Assembly: GCA_963797095.1 (NCBI GenBank)
Contig: CAWCNY010000005.1
Location: 288,001-352,000, forward strand
Direction: 5' to 3'
DNA: 64,000 nt
DNA from: an uncultured Chloroflexia bacterium
GTDB taxonomy: Bacteria; Chloroflexota; Chloroflexia; QHBQ01; JADMIH01
In this document: one piece after another, positions 1 through 11,905 of the stretch
How positions within the stretch are numbered: the first letter of the stretch is position 1
Layout: every line of letters starts with the position of its first letter
Program-made: the position numbers and the translations under genes
The notes under the pieces: model-generated
What the model saw: only the letters and a program-made list of their open reading frames with translations
Told to the model about the DNA's origin: nothing
Databases searched by the model: none

Positions 1-176
1 AGGACCAAAATCAGATGAGGGTGGGCAATGCTCCCCAGGTGCTGGCGGCGCTGCGCAATGCTATCCTTAACCTGGTACGTTCCAAAGGCTGGACTAACAT
101 CGCCGATGGCCTACGTCATTATGGAGCCTTCGTGCATCGTGCCCTAGCCCTCGTTACCTCCCTTAATCTTCCTTGA
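1..176 (+). CDS. ISAs1-family transposase, C-terminal end (cut by window edge)
   Basis: Frame 3 reads DQNQMRVGNAPQVLAALRNAILNLV...LNLP*, typical of the ISAs1 C-terminus; followed by the IR-like ACAGCCCT at about 178-185. Confidence 0.75.
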   Translation, partial: DQNQMRVGNAPQVLAALRNAILNLVRSKGWTNIADGLRHYGAFVHRALALVTSLNLP

Positions 177-339
177 CACAGCCCTACTCATACCGGCCAT
201 ACAGCTCTTACAAGGTCAGTGCAGGGCTGTATGGCATGCAAGCCAGGTCTACGGGTCATCCCTGAGGATAACAGCCGCAGGTTGAGCGTCTCTGGAGGCA
301 GGTGTCAAGTAGCCCCCGGATAAATCCGGGGGCTTGTCC

Positions 340-1559
340 CTAAGCGGGAGCTTGAGACGATAAGCCGCTTGACGGCTGCCCGTAACCCAAGGGTATACCG
401 AGAGCTACAAGGTGTTTATCGCGTATGTTCCTGGAAGCATTCAAGTCCGCGTTTAGCGAATAGTCGCACGAGCGACAAAGGTAAAGAGATTGAGAGCGGC
501 GGTTACTATGATGTCGGAAACCACACTTAGAGCAGGTCTGGCTCGTGTGTCGAGGGTCTATTGCGACCACGCACATACCCGCTTCTTTGGTCTTGTACTC
601 CAGGAAGGAGCGCAACTGCCTGAAAGACCATGCGTGCAACCGTCTTTGCCCCTCTCCCCTGCGCAAGCGAGCGCGTTGGCGGATGTCTGTGAGGTTTTCA
701 ACAACGATAGTAGCCCCAGCAATAGCCGGCTGAACGATACGCTTAGACAATACGTGGTCTCAAAGTGGTCTCAAAGTGGTCTCAATCGCGGTCACAACGT
801 GGTCTCAATCGCGGTCACAACGTGGTCTCAATCGCGGTGGAATCGCAGTTGCTTGCCAGCCAACTTACGCAGATGGCGGCGAGCCGACTTCGACCCTTTC
901 GATTGCACCGTACCCTTGAGCCTGAAGTATCGCTTATCAACATCCTTCCACGCTCTCTTACCCAGGAAGGCACCCCGACGTCCCGAAGTGACGGGGGCCT
1001 GTTGAGACCCAGGTCTACACCAATGACCTGCTCACCGGCGACAAACTCACTACCTTTCAAGCTGACTACGATATGCAACCAGAAACCACCCTTGCGGTAG
1101 AGCAGGTCGGCAGTAGCAGTCGGATTGCCTATATATCTAAGCGCATAAGGCGGCACGGTGAAGCCGATACGCATCCTACCCTGTGTAGTGGACAGGCTAA
1201 CTTCCGCTTTAGGCCAATACACTTTGTAGGTGTGCAGGTTATAGCGCGCCGCGCACAGTTGAGAGTATGGTTGAGAGACTGCTCTACCCTGCTTTTGTCT
1301 GGTAAACGCACTCTTGATAGCCTCAGTAGCCTTGACGCGGGCCTGAATAATCAGGTCGGAGACAAGAGATGGGCATTGGGCCTTGATGGGGTAGCAGGTT
1401 TCGTGGTGCAAGCGCACGCCGTTCCGCTCGGTGTTTCTTTTTTGCCAGCCGTATTCGCACACGGCATTGAAAGCATTTGTGAAGGAGGCAAGCGTCTCTT
1501 ACAGAGAGTAAGCTTGTTCAGGTGTCGTATTCAAGCTTGACGCGAACCATCCTAACCAT
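340..1559 (-). pseudogene. tnpB: TnpB RNA-guided nuclease pseudogene
   Basis: RuvC-I IGVDLG, RuvC-II VVENL, Zn finger CSKC/CRSC, RuvC-III NADLNAS; broken by frameshifts near 1535 and 995, an in-frame TAA near 1508 and a repeat expansion at 754-838. Confidence 0.85.
754..838 (+). repeat. Tandem expansion inside tnpB (11-bp and 23-bp units)
   Basis: GTGGTCTCAAA x2, then GTGGTCTCAATCGCGGTCACAAC x2 plus a partial copy. Confidence 0.85.
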
Positions 1560-1727
1560 AACTCACCTACACCATATAAAGGGAGAATATGCACGATATG
1601 CACGATATACACTTCAAGAAAAGAGGAAGTGCTTGCTCCTCACCATGCCTGAAGGCAGCTGTACCCCTAAGCACGCAGATTCGATGGAATTGGGCGGGTT
1701 GTTGCCGGTGCTGAGTAGCGCGGGTGG

Positions 1728-2735
1728 CTAGAGTTGGCGGTGCAGTCTGCGAAGGGGGTTAAGTTCCTGGTCGTAGCTCTGGAGCGTGCGAATGTAATGA
1801 GCGCGTTCAAAGGCACTGGGGTCCTTGCTCTTCTCCTGGCTGGCTATTCCCTGGATCTGCTGGACAAACTCGTAGTTGTGCTCTTCGAGCCATTGGCGCA
1901 GGCCCGCTTCAAGTTTCTTGATATGAACAATCCTGTTTTGAAGCAAGACCGAACAGAGCAATGTGACAGATGCGCCCGCCATCAGCATCTTGACAATGTC
2001 GCCTACCTCATGTAAGCCGCCGCTGGCAGCAAGATCCATCCCAACACGCCCGCGTAAGATAGCGATCCACCTGAGAGGTAAGCGAGTAGCAAAGGAAGTG
2101 CTGAGATTAAAGCGGGAAGTTACACGCAAGGTCTCGATGTCTATGTCGGGTTGGTAAAAGCGGTTGAACAGGACCAGAGCGTTAGCACCTGCGCGCTCGA
2201 AGCGCCCGGCCATTTCGGCAAGATTGCTGAAGAAAGGGCCAAGCTTCACCGCGAGCGGTAGAGACACCGCCGATCTCACTTCTTCAACTATCTTGATATA
2301 GATGTTCTCGACCTCGGAGCCGGGCAGGTCTTCTTCCGTAGGAATGTAGTAGATGTTGAGCTCCAGAGCATCGGCCCCCGCCTGCTCTATCTGCTTGGCG
2401 TACTCTACCCATCCACCGATGCCGGAGGCGTTGAGGCTGGCAATAATGGGGATATCGACCGCCTCTTTGGCTTTATGTATATGATCCAGGTATTCATCGG
2501 GGCCGAGGAAATAGTCCGATTGTTCGGGAAACTCACTTTCCTGGAGTTCGGCAGCGCCTGCACCGTCTTTGGTGTAAGCAAGTTGCTCTTCGAAAAGAGA
2601 TTGCAGCACAACAGCGGCAGCGCCCGAGTCTTCCATTATCCTAATGTTGTCAATCAGTTCGGAGAGGGGAGAAGCCCCAGCAAGAAGTGGGGATCGCAAA
2701 TTCATCCCCATATAGGTTGTTGAGAGGTCGACCAT
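1728..2735 (-). CDS. Dihydroorotate dehydrogenase-like FMN protein
   Basis: MVDLSTTYMGMNLRSPLLAGASP start after GGAGG; ELNIY, VKLGP, LFNRF and SGG motifs. Confidence 0.85.
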   Translation of the reverse strand: MVDLSTTYMGMNLRSPLLAGASPLSELIDNIRIMEDSGAAAVVLQSLFEEQLAYTKDGAGAAELQESEFPEQSDYFLGPDEYLDHIHKAKEAVDIPIIASLNASGIGGWVEYAKQIEQAGADALELNIYYIPTEEDLPGSEVENIYIKIVEEVRSAVSLPLAVKLGPFFSNLAEMAGRFERAGANALVLFNRFYQPDIDIETLRVTSRFNLSTSFATRLPLRWIAILRGRVGMDLAASGGLHEVGDIVKMLMAGASVTLLCSVLLQNRIVHIKKLEAGLRQWLEEHNYEFVQQIQGIASQEKSKDPSAFERAHYIRTLQSYDQELNPLRRLHRQL

Positions 2736-3100
2736 CGTATGTACCTCCTTAGCAGATCGGGTCTCACGATCATGAACCAGGGGTGAAAGCAGGGAAGATG
2801 ATCCGTAGATACTGGATGATAGTTGATAGATCTGTAAAAAACGGTATAGGTTAGTAAAAGGCGGGTGAAAGTTCGGTGAAAAGGACCGCCCACCTCTTCT
2901 GAACACTTTCAGCCCTCATTGACTTGACTCCACCCACCCTCAAACCGTATATTAATGTGTTAGACTTAAGAATCATCATCCCAAAAGATATACAATAGAT
3001 ACAACTCAGCAGAACCGCTGCGCTTGATAGAACAAAGGGGTGCAGGGGTCTCCCCACTCTCCTTCCTTCTTTTCCGTCCCGGTGGTGAAACTACAAAACA

Positions 3101-4195
3101 ATGCTAGAAGACAAACTCAACTCAATAGAACAAAGATACAACCAGCTCGAACAAATGATGAGCGAGCCTGACGTTGCCACCGACCCCAGGCGCCTCATGG
3201 AGCTTGGCAAGGAGCGCGCCGACCTCACCGAGCTTGTAGACCTCTACCGGACCTACAGGGAAACCAATCGCCAGCTCACCGACACCGAGACCATGCTCTC
3301 CGAGGACGGCTCAGACCCTGAGCTTGCCGAGCTTGTGCGCGCCGAGATCGAAGACCTCAAAGCAAAGCGCGATACGCAGATGGACGACATCAAGCAGCTT
3401 CTCCTACCCAGAGACCCCAACGACGATAAGAGCGTCATCATCGAGATCAGGGCGGGCGCGGGCGGCGACGAAGCGGCACTCTTCGCCAATGAGCTTTACG
3501 GCATGTACGCCAAATACGCCGAAAAGCGCGGCTGGAAGACCGACATCCTCTCCAGCAACCCCAACGACATCGGTGGCATGAAAGAGATCATCTTCGAAGT
3601 CAAGGGCAAGGGCGCATACAGCAACTTCAAGTACGAAAGCGGCGTCCACCGAGTGCAGCGCGTCCCCGTCACCGAATCCCAGGGTCGTATCCACACCTCC
3701 ACCGCTACCGTCGCCGTCATGCCCGAAGCCGAAGAAGTAGACGTAGACATCCGCGACGAAGATATCAAGCTCGATGTCTACAGGTCGGGCGGCCATGGCG
3801 GCCAGAGCGTCAACACCACCAACTCAGCCGTCCGCATCACCCACCTCCCCACCGGCATAGTCGTCACCTGCCAGGACGAGCGCAGCCAGCTAAAGAACAA
3901 GCTCAAGGCCATGACCGTCCTCCGCACCCGCCTCTACGAAATGGAGCTGGAGCGCCGCCAGAAAGAGATGGGCGACGAGCGCCGCTCCCAGGTCGGCACA
4001 GGCGACCGCTCCGAAAAAATCCGCACCTACAACTTCCCCGATGACCGCGTTACCGACCACCGCATCAAGCGCACTGTTTCCAACGTACCGCGTGTCCTCG
4101 AAGGCGATCTCGACAACTTCATCGAAACCCTCCGTGTCACCGACGAGGCCGAGCGCCTCAAGCACGAAGGTCTCGATGGCTCCAACGGCAAGTAG
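3101..4195 (+). CDS. prfA: Peptide chain release factor 1
   Basis: GGQ motif, PVT tripeptide, YESGVHRVQRVP, IRTYNFP. Confidence 0.98.
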   Translation: MLEDKLNSIEQRYNQLEQMMSEPDVATDPRRLMELGKERADLTELVDLYRTYRETNRQLTDTETMLSEDGSDPELAELVRAEIEDLKAKRDTQMDDIKQLLLPRDPNDDKSVIIEIRAGAGGDEAALFANELYGMYAKYAEKRGWKTDILSSNPNDIGGMKEIIFEVKGKGAYSNFKYESGVHRVQRVPVTESQGRIHTSTATVAVMPEAEEVDVDIRDEDIKLDVYRSGGHGGQSVNTTNSAVRITHLPTGIVVTCQDERSQLKNKLKAMTVLRTRLYEMELERRQKEMGDERRSQVGTGDRSEKIRTYNFPDDRVTDHRIKRTVSNVPRVLEGDLDNFIETLRVTDEAERLKHEGLDGSNGK

Positions 4196-5029
4196 ATGAC
4201 CGTCGACGAGGCGCTCCGTTGGGGCAAAGAGCGCCTTTCCCTCCACTCCACAACCCCCCGCCTCGACGCCGAAATTATCCTCTCCCATCTCCTCGGCATG
4301 GATCGTGCTGCCATCCTGGCACGCCCATCCCAACCCCTCGATCCCCAATCCCTCAATTCCTACCACCACCTCATCGCACGACGCGAGCACGGTGAGCCGG
4401 TGGCCTACATCACCGGCCACAAGGAATTCTATGGACTCGACCTGATAATCACCCACGATGTGCTCGTCCCCAGGCCTGAAACCGAAAGCATGGTGCAAGC
4501 CTCCCTCGACGCCCTCCCCGCTGCTCGGCCCGCTACCTTCGCCGACATAGGCACAGGCTCAGGCGCAATCCTTGTCGCGGTGACTGTCCACCGCCCCAAT
4601 ATTCGCGCCTACGGCACCGACATCTCCCCCCAGGCCATAGCGGTAGCCGCCCGCAACTGCGACCTTCAGGGTATCTCCCCCAACGTGCGCCTCTTCGTCG
4701 GCCACCTCCTTGAACCTCTACCCGAACCCGTAGACGTGATAGCCGCCAACCTCCCCTACGTCTCCCCCGGCGAAGCCGAACCCGACGTAGCCACCTGGGA
4801 GCCGCAGGTCGCCGTCTTCGGGGGCGGTGACGACGGCGCAGCCACCATCCGCGATTTCCTCTCTCAAGCACCCGCCTATCTCAACCCCAACGGCACCATA
4901 ATCATGGAAACCGCCCACTTGCAAGGCAAAATAGTGTCCGACCTGGCCCGCGCCGCCTTCCCCAACGCCCATATCCAGGTCAGCAAAGACCTGTCAGGTT
5001 ACGATAGAATAGTAGTAATCAAATCGTGA
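4196..5029 (+). CDS. prmC: Release factor glutamine methyltransferase
   Basis: EPVAYITG, VLVPRPETE, DIGTGSG, NLPY; directly downstream of prfA. Confidence 0.96.
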   Translation: MTVDEALRWGKERLSLHSTTPRLDAEIILSHLLGMDRAAILARPSQPLDPQSLNSYHHLIARREHGEPVAYITGHKEFYGLDLIITHDVLVPRPETESMVQASLDALPAARPATFADIGTGSGAILVAVTVHRPNIRAYGTDISPQAIAVAARNCDLQGISPNVRLFVGHLLEPLPEPVDVIAANLPYVSPGEAEPDVATWEPQVAVFGGGDDGAATIRDFLSQAPAYLNPNGTIIMETAHLQGKIVSDLARAAFPNAHIQVSKDLSGYDRIVVIKS

Positions 5030-5050
5030 GTTCGGAACCAACAGCAAAGC

Positions 5051-5138
5051 AATAAGCAATACGAAGTACGCAAAATAAGCAATACGAAGTACGCAAAATA
5101 AGCAATACGAAGTACGCAAAATAAGCAATACGAAGTAC
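5051..5138 (+). repeat. 23-bp tandem repeat, about 3.8 copies
   Basis: AATAAGCAATACGAAGTACGCAA units start at 5051, 5074, 5097 and 5120 with no spacers. Confidence 0.95.
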
Positions 5139-5143
5139 CACCC

Positions 5144-5986
5144 ATGACAATCAAACTCCTCGCCCTGGACCTCGACGGCACCATCTTCGGTGACGACCTC
5201 CATATCACCCCCCGCACCCACAAAGCCATCGCCGACGCCCAGACAATGGGTGTCATAGTCACCATAGCCACCGGGCGCATGTTCCGGGCTGCCCGCTATA
5301 TCGCCTCCGATCTCAAAATTGATGGCCCCATCATCTGCTACCAGGGCGCTCTTATCCGCGACCCCCTCACCGAAGAAACCCTCCTCCACAAGACCATCCC
5401 CTATCTCCTAGCTCAAGACGTAATCCGCCTCACCTCATCCACCAACCTCCATCTCAACGTCTACCTGAACGACAACCTCTACGTCGAAAAACTCACCCCG
5501 GAGGCCGAGTTTTACGCTCAAATCAACATGGACCTCCCACTCAATGTGGTTGGCAACCTGTCAAACTGGCTCGACATCCAGCGCCCCCACGAACCTACCA
5601 AGCTCGTAATCGTCACCGATCCTGTTCAGACTGATGCTGTACTCAACTCATATACCAAAATATACGGCAGCAGGCTCCAGGTCACCAAGTCGCACGCCCG
5701 CTTCACCGAATTCACCAACCACGACTGCTCCAAAGGCCGCGCCCTCGCCCAACTCGCCAGGCACTACCATCTCGACCGCAAAGAAGTGATGGCAATCGGC
5801 GACGGCCACAACGATTTCGATATGCTCCAATGGGCGGGCCTCGGCGTCGCCATGGAAACCGCCCCGCAAGCCGTCCGCGACATAGCTCGCGAGGTTTGCC
5901 CTCCCCTGGCCCTGGACGGCGCAGCCGACGCCATCGAGCGCTTCATCTTGCGTCAACGCCATACTACCGCGCCTGACGTACACTAG
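5144..5986 (+). CDS. Cof-type HAD-IIB hydrolase
   Basis: DLDGT, ATGR, SKG and GDGHND motifs. Confidence 0.93.
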   Translation: MTIKLLALDLDGTIFGDDLHITPRTHKAIADAQTMGVIVTIATGRMFRAARYIASDLKIDGPIICYQGALIRDPLTEETLLHKTIPYLLAQDVIRLTSSTNLHLNVYLNDNLYVEKLTPEAEFYAQINMDLPLNVVGNLSNWLDIQRPHEPTKLVIVTDPVQTDAVLNSYTKIYGSRLQVTKSHARFTEFTNHDCSKGRALAQLARHYHLDRKEVMAIGDGHNDFDMLQWAGLGVAMETAPQAVRDIAREVCPPLALDGAADAIERFILRQRHTTAPDVH

Positions 5987-6033
5987 AATATGTCACGACC
6001 TTTTCGCGATCTTTGCGTTATAATGAAATCGCG

Positions 6034-7899
6034 ATGAAGGCCGAAACCAAGAAGAGTACAAAGACCCACCAACCATCACCCCAAACGGAGCAATCTGAAC
6101 CTGTTACTAATGGGCAGCGCGACGATGCGGAATCATCTTTGATCGAGGCGGAGTCCGGTGATTTCACAAACGGTGCTGAAATAACTCCCGCTCCCACAAG
6201 CGCTGACGGTCCCTTCGCCATTCTCACCAACCCAAGCCCGCAGACCCTCACACAACCCGCCCCTGCCTCCCAACAGGTCGATACAAGCTGGCAAGCAAGG
6301 CTCAGACGGTTCCGCAACAACTCAAGCCAGGTCCTCGGCGGCCTGAGCCTTGACGACCGCTTGGGCCGTATCCTCCTTTCCATCGTCTTAGCCGTCTTGC
6401 TCTGGTTCTACGTCACCGGGCTTGAGAATCCCGCACAGGACACCCACTTCGGCGGTCTCGTCATCGACGTGCGCGGCACCGAGCCTAACCTGAAATTGAT
6501 CACCACCGAGCCACTCCCCACGGTCGATGTGACTTTTCGCGCTCCGCAGAACATCCTCAACACCCTCCAATCCGCCGACATTCATCCATACATAGACCTC
6601 ACACGGCTTACTGCCGGCGTCCATCAGGTTCCGATCCAGATCGACTTCAACAGGGGCATCGGCAACAGCATCACAAACCTCAACATCACCCCTCCCGACG
6701 TTCAGGTGCTCCTCGAAGTGCAGGTAACCCGCTCATTCACCGTCGAGGCAAGCATAAGCGGCACCCCCGCCCTCGGCTACCTGCCCGAGTTGCCTCCACA
6801 GGTTGATCCGCCCCAGGTAACCGTTACAGGCTCCCAGAGCGCTATAGATCGCATCGCCACGGTCGGCGTCACAGTCGACGTAGATGAGAAGGCAACCACC
6901 CAGCGAGGTCTTAAGACGCCCGTTGCTTATGACAGCACCGGCCAGGAGATTTCCGGTCTCACTTTCAATCCCACCTCCGTTGAAGTCACCGTCCCCATCA
7001 AAGGATCTTTGAGCAACAAACTCGTCCCTGTGCAGGTGCCGATCGTGGGCAACCCCGCCCCCGGTTATAGCGTCAATGACATTGAGATCGATCCAACTAA
7101 CGTCACCCTCTGTTGCGCGGCCAGCGACATTCTCGAACAGATTCAGTTGGTCAACACAAATCCCGTCGCCATCACAGGCACAACCTCAACTATCGTCACA
7201 ACTACAGAGCTAATCTTGCCCGCCGGTGTGGGCCTATATCCCGGCCAGAGCCACACTATTACCGTCACCGTCGGCATAAGAACATTCAATACCACCTGGC
7301 AGCTATCCGTCGCCCCCGCCGTCGTGGGCCTGCCGCCCGACTACTCGGTGGTTGTATCCCCCAACTCGCTCGATCTCACCCTCTCAGGCACCTTCGCCCA
7401 GTTCCAGGCGCTGACGCCCGCCGACGTGAGCGCCACCCTCGATGCCTCCAATCTCGCGGCCGGTACCTATGAGCTAGCCCCTCAGATCACAATCCCGGAC
7501 GACATCAACCTTGTTTCCATCAACCCTCCTACTATCACCGTCAGCCTGATCGCGCCCACTCCCGTGCCGCCCACCCCGACCGAAACCCCCATTCCTGTGC
7601 CCACTGGGACGCCCACCGAGACTCCCACCGAAACGCCTACCCCCTTCGACACACCCCTGCCCTCAGGCACACCAACCCCCACCCATACTATCACCCCCAC
7701 CGCTACAATCTCCCCTATCTCTACCTTCCCACCCACAAGCCAGCCAATCCCCACCGAGACCAATACTCCCACTGAAACACCCATCGACACCCCTACCGTG
7801 GTCGAGCCGGAGCCAAGTCCGGAAATTACCAGCACGCAATCGCCCGCCCAGCCCACCCCCGGCATCCTCTCCCCGACCCTCTCCCCCGGCCCGCCATAA
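6034..7899 (+). CDS. CdaR/YbbR-like membrane protein with Pro/Thr-rich tail
   Basis: LSIVLAVLLWFYV anchor, four YbbR-like beta repeats, PT-rich C-terminus; start uncertain. Confidence 0.8.
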   Translation: MKAETKKSTKTHQPSPQTEQSEPVTNGQRDDAESSLIEAESGDFTNGAEITPAPTSADGPFAILTNPSPQTLTQPAPASQQVDTSWQARLRRFRNNSSQVLGGLSLDDRLGRILLSIVLAVLLWFYVTGLENPAQDTHFGGLVIDVRGTEPNLKLITTEPLPTVDVTFRAPQNILNTLQSADIHPYIDLTRLTAGVHQVPIQIDFNRGIGNSITNLNITPPDVQVLLEVQVTRSFTVEASISGTPALGYLPELPPQVDPPQVTVTGSQSAIDRIATVGVTVDVDEKATTQRGLKTPVAYDSTGQEISGLTFNPTSVEVTVPIKGSLSNKLVPVQVPIVGNPAPGYSVNDIEIDPTNVTLCCAASDILEQIQLVNTNPVAITGTTSTIVTTTELILPAGVGLYPGQSHTITVTVGIRTFNTTWQLSVAPAVVGLPPDYSVVVSPNSLDLTLSGTFAQFQALTPADVSATLDASNLAAGTYELAPQITIPDDINLVSINPPTITVSLIAPTPVPPTPTETPIPVPTGTPTETPTETPTPFDTPLPSGTPTPTHTITPTATISPISTFPPTSQPIPTETNTPTETPIDTPTVVEPEPSPEITSTQSPAQPTPGILSPTLSPGPP

Positions 7900-7918
7900 T
7901 CTCCTCCGTTCTTGAGCC

Positions 7919-8821
7919 ATGTGCGCTAACCGCTGGTCCTATCAACCCGCTCCACGCGAAGGTTACTTCCCTGTCGCAAATGCCGAGCTATATTATCGCG
8001 AAGTAGGTCATGGGCAGCCGGTCGTCATTCTGCATGGCGGCCCCGATTTTGACCACAACTACTTACTCCCCGACATGGACCTCCTGACAGGCTCCTACCG
8101 CCTCATCTACTACGATCAGCGTGGGCGCGGTAACTCCGCGGCCAACATACACCCCCACGAAGTAACAATCCAATCAGAGATGGAAGACCTGGAGAGCCTG
8201 CGGCAGCATCTTCATCTGGAATCGGTGGCGGTCTTGGGCCACTCATGGGGCTGCCTCCTGGCGATGGAGTACGCGATCCGCCATCCTGGCCGCGTTTCCC
8301 ACCTGATACTCATGAATACCGCACCCGCTTCTCACGACGACTACATGCTCTTCAGGCAGGATCGCCGCGCCAGGGTGGCTGCTGATATAGAAAAACTGGT
8401 CGCAATTTCATCTACATCCCGGTACCAGGAGGGCGATCTCGAAAGTGATGCCGCCTACTATCGCATTCATTTCCGGGCAGCTTTCAGGCAGCCTGAGAAC
8501 CTCGAAAAAGTGGTCAACAGCCTGCGATTGAACTTCACTGAGAAGGGCATCGTAAAGGCAAGGCAAATAGAAGATCGGCTAATGGCCGAAACGTGGTTGT
8601 CCGGCGATTACAACTTGCTTCCCGGTCTCAAATACCTTGCCATCCCTGCACTCATAATCCACGGCGATCACGATTTAGTCCCCATAGAATGTGCTATCCA
8701 CATTGCGCAGGCGATCCCCGGAGCCAGCTTCGTCCTCCTGAAAGATTGCGGCCACTTCACCTATCTGGAATGCCCGGATCAGGTTCGCAGAGCAATCACC
8801 CGCTTCTCCCAAAGCACTTGA
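7919..8821 (+). CDS. Alpha/beta hydrolase (proline iminopeptidase-like)
   Basis: HGGP, YDQRGRG, GHSWG nucleophile elbow, C-terminal CGH. Confidence 0.88.
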   Translation: MCANRWSYQPAPREGYFPVANAELYYREVGHGQPVVILHGGPDFDHNYLLPDMDLLTGSYRLIYYDQRGRGNSAANIHPHEVTIQSEMEDLESLRQHLHLESVAVLGHSWGCLLAMEYAIRHPGRVSHLILMNTAPASHDDYMLFRQDRRARVAADIEKLVAISSTSRYQEGDLESDAAYYRIHFRAAFRQPENLEKVVNSLRLNFTEKGIVKARQIEDRLMAETWLSGDYNLLPGLKYLAIPALIIHGDHDLVPIECAIHIAQAIPGASFVLLKDCGHFTYLECPDQVRRAITRFSQST

Positions 8822-9070
8822 TTCAAGATCAGCACATATATTAAAGAACTGTAATATGAATCATCCCGAATTCTAGGAGCAAGTTCGCAAGCGTGTAACC
8901 CCGATTCTAAAATTTGGGGAGGGGTTGGGGTGGGGTCTTTGGCTGCCCTAATCTATTTTCCGCATGAATCAAAAACAGGGGATGATTCATGTTCGTAAGA
9001 ATCATGAGCCCTCAGGCGTGGTATAATTATGCCTGTCAATCCATTTGGTTTAAAGAAGGGAAAAACATAA

Positions 9071-10915
<1,845 letters not shown>

Positions 10916-10919
10916 GGGC

Positions 10920-11861
10920 CTACTGCCCCGACACGCTATCCACCTGCCCGAACAACTCCACCAACCGCCGGTGCAACTCATCGGGCAGTGGCGGCTTCAG
11001 GATCGCGGCGATGTTCTCCTCCAGGTGCTTCAAGTTGCCCGTGCCGCTCAGCACCACATTGATCCCAGGCTCGGCCCGGCAGAACCTGTAAGCCGCTTCG
11101 GGCAAACTCCCTACCCCTTCCCACCGCGTCACAAAACCAAGTGGGTCGCTCAGGTCCACTTTGTTCGGGTCGATATTCCCTTCCTGCGCCAATTGTCTGA
11201 CGATCTCGCGCAATCGATCCGGCCTGCTGAAAGCGTTGCGCACCGCGAACATACAAAGCACCCCGATGCCGCGCTTCATCGCCTCCGCCAGCACTTTCCG
11301 CCGTGCGCTCTGGTTCAGGATATTGAACCCCACCATGATCACGTCCCACACGTCGTCATTCACCGCGCGCTCCAACATCGCGTGAGTCGGCTCTGCGCCG
11401 AAATGTTCCGTCACTCCCAGGTACCGAATCTTCCCCTGGTCGCGCAGCTTCACCAGCGCGGGCACCAGTTCCTCCCTGGCATAGTCGTACTCGCCCACCG
11501 CCACCGCATGCAGGTGGTAAATATCCACGTAATCCGTGCCAAGCCGCGACAGGCTCCGTTCGAGGCCCCATGTAAGCTCCGCACCATTAATCATCGTCCG
11601 GTTCTCGCTGAGCGTCTTCTTGGTCGACAGCACCACACGCTCCCGGCCTATCTCCCGCAACGCCTCCCCGATCAGCGGCTCCGTCCCATACAACTCCGCC
11701 GTATCCAGGAAGTTGACGCCCAGGTCAACCGCCCGATGCACGATCTCAAGCGAGGTCTCTCTCGGCACGCCCGTGCCCGTCCCCAGGCGGCTGAACCCGC
11801 CCCCACCAAGCCCCATCACGCTAACGCGCAATCCCGTCCTGCCTAATATTGTGTAGTCCAT
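10920..11861 (-). CDS. Aldo/keto reductase
   Basis: LGRTGLRVS, DTAELYG, TK and LGTDYVDIYHLH motifs. Confidence 0.9.
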   Translation of the reverse strand: MDYTILGRTGLRVSVMGLGGGGFSRLGTGTGVPRETSLEIVHRAVDLGVNFLDTAELYGTEPLIGEALREIGRERVVLSTKKTLSENRTMINGAELTWGLERSLSRLGTDYVDIYHLHAVAVGEYDYAREELVPALVKLRDQGKIRYLGVTEHFGAEPTHAMLERAVNDDVWDVIMVGFNILNQSARRKVLAEAMKRGIGVLCMFAVRNAFSRPDRLREIVRQLAQEGNIDPNKVDLSDPLGFVTRWEGVGSLPEAAYRFCRAEPGINVVLSGTGNLKHLEENIAAILKPPLPDELHRRLVELFGQVDSVSGQ

Positions 11862-11868
11862 ATCGTAC

Positions 11869-11897
11869 ATTATAGGCAAGCGCTTCATCCTTGCCAA
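11869..11897 (-). promoter_or_regulatory. Sigma70-like promoter, probably leaderless
   Basis: TTGGCA-17 bp-TATAAT, 7 nt upstream of the ATG at 11861. Confidence 0.5.
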
Positions 11898-11905
11898 CCG
11901 CAACC

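Larger units (their letters stand above)
304..1686 (-). mobile_element. IS200/IS605-family tnpB-only element, decayed
   Basis: Right end with hairpin AGCCCCCGGA-TTTA-TCCGGGGGCT then ACTTGAC at 304-334; tnpB remnants; left-end-like palindrome at about 1640-1686 (left boundary approximate). Confidence 0.7.

Noticed and set aside
196-236. Inverted repeat GCCATACAGC...GCTGTATGGC resembling an ISAs1 end
   Set aside because: Short and imperfect; cannot be separated from an ordinary hairpin
5051-5138. Possible CRISPR array
   Set aside because: Units are contiguous with no unique spacers and there are no cas genes in the window
8822-9070. glmS ribozyme upstream of glmS
   Set aside because: No recognisable core motif, and a TGGTATAAT box lies only about 45 nt before the ATG
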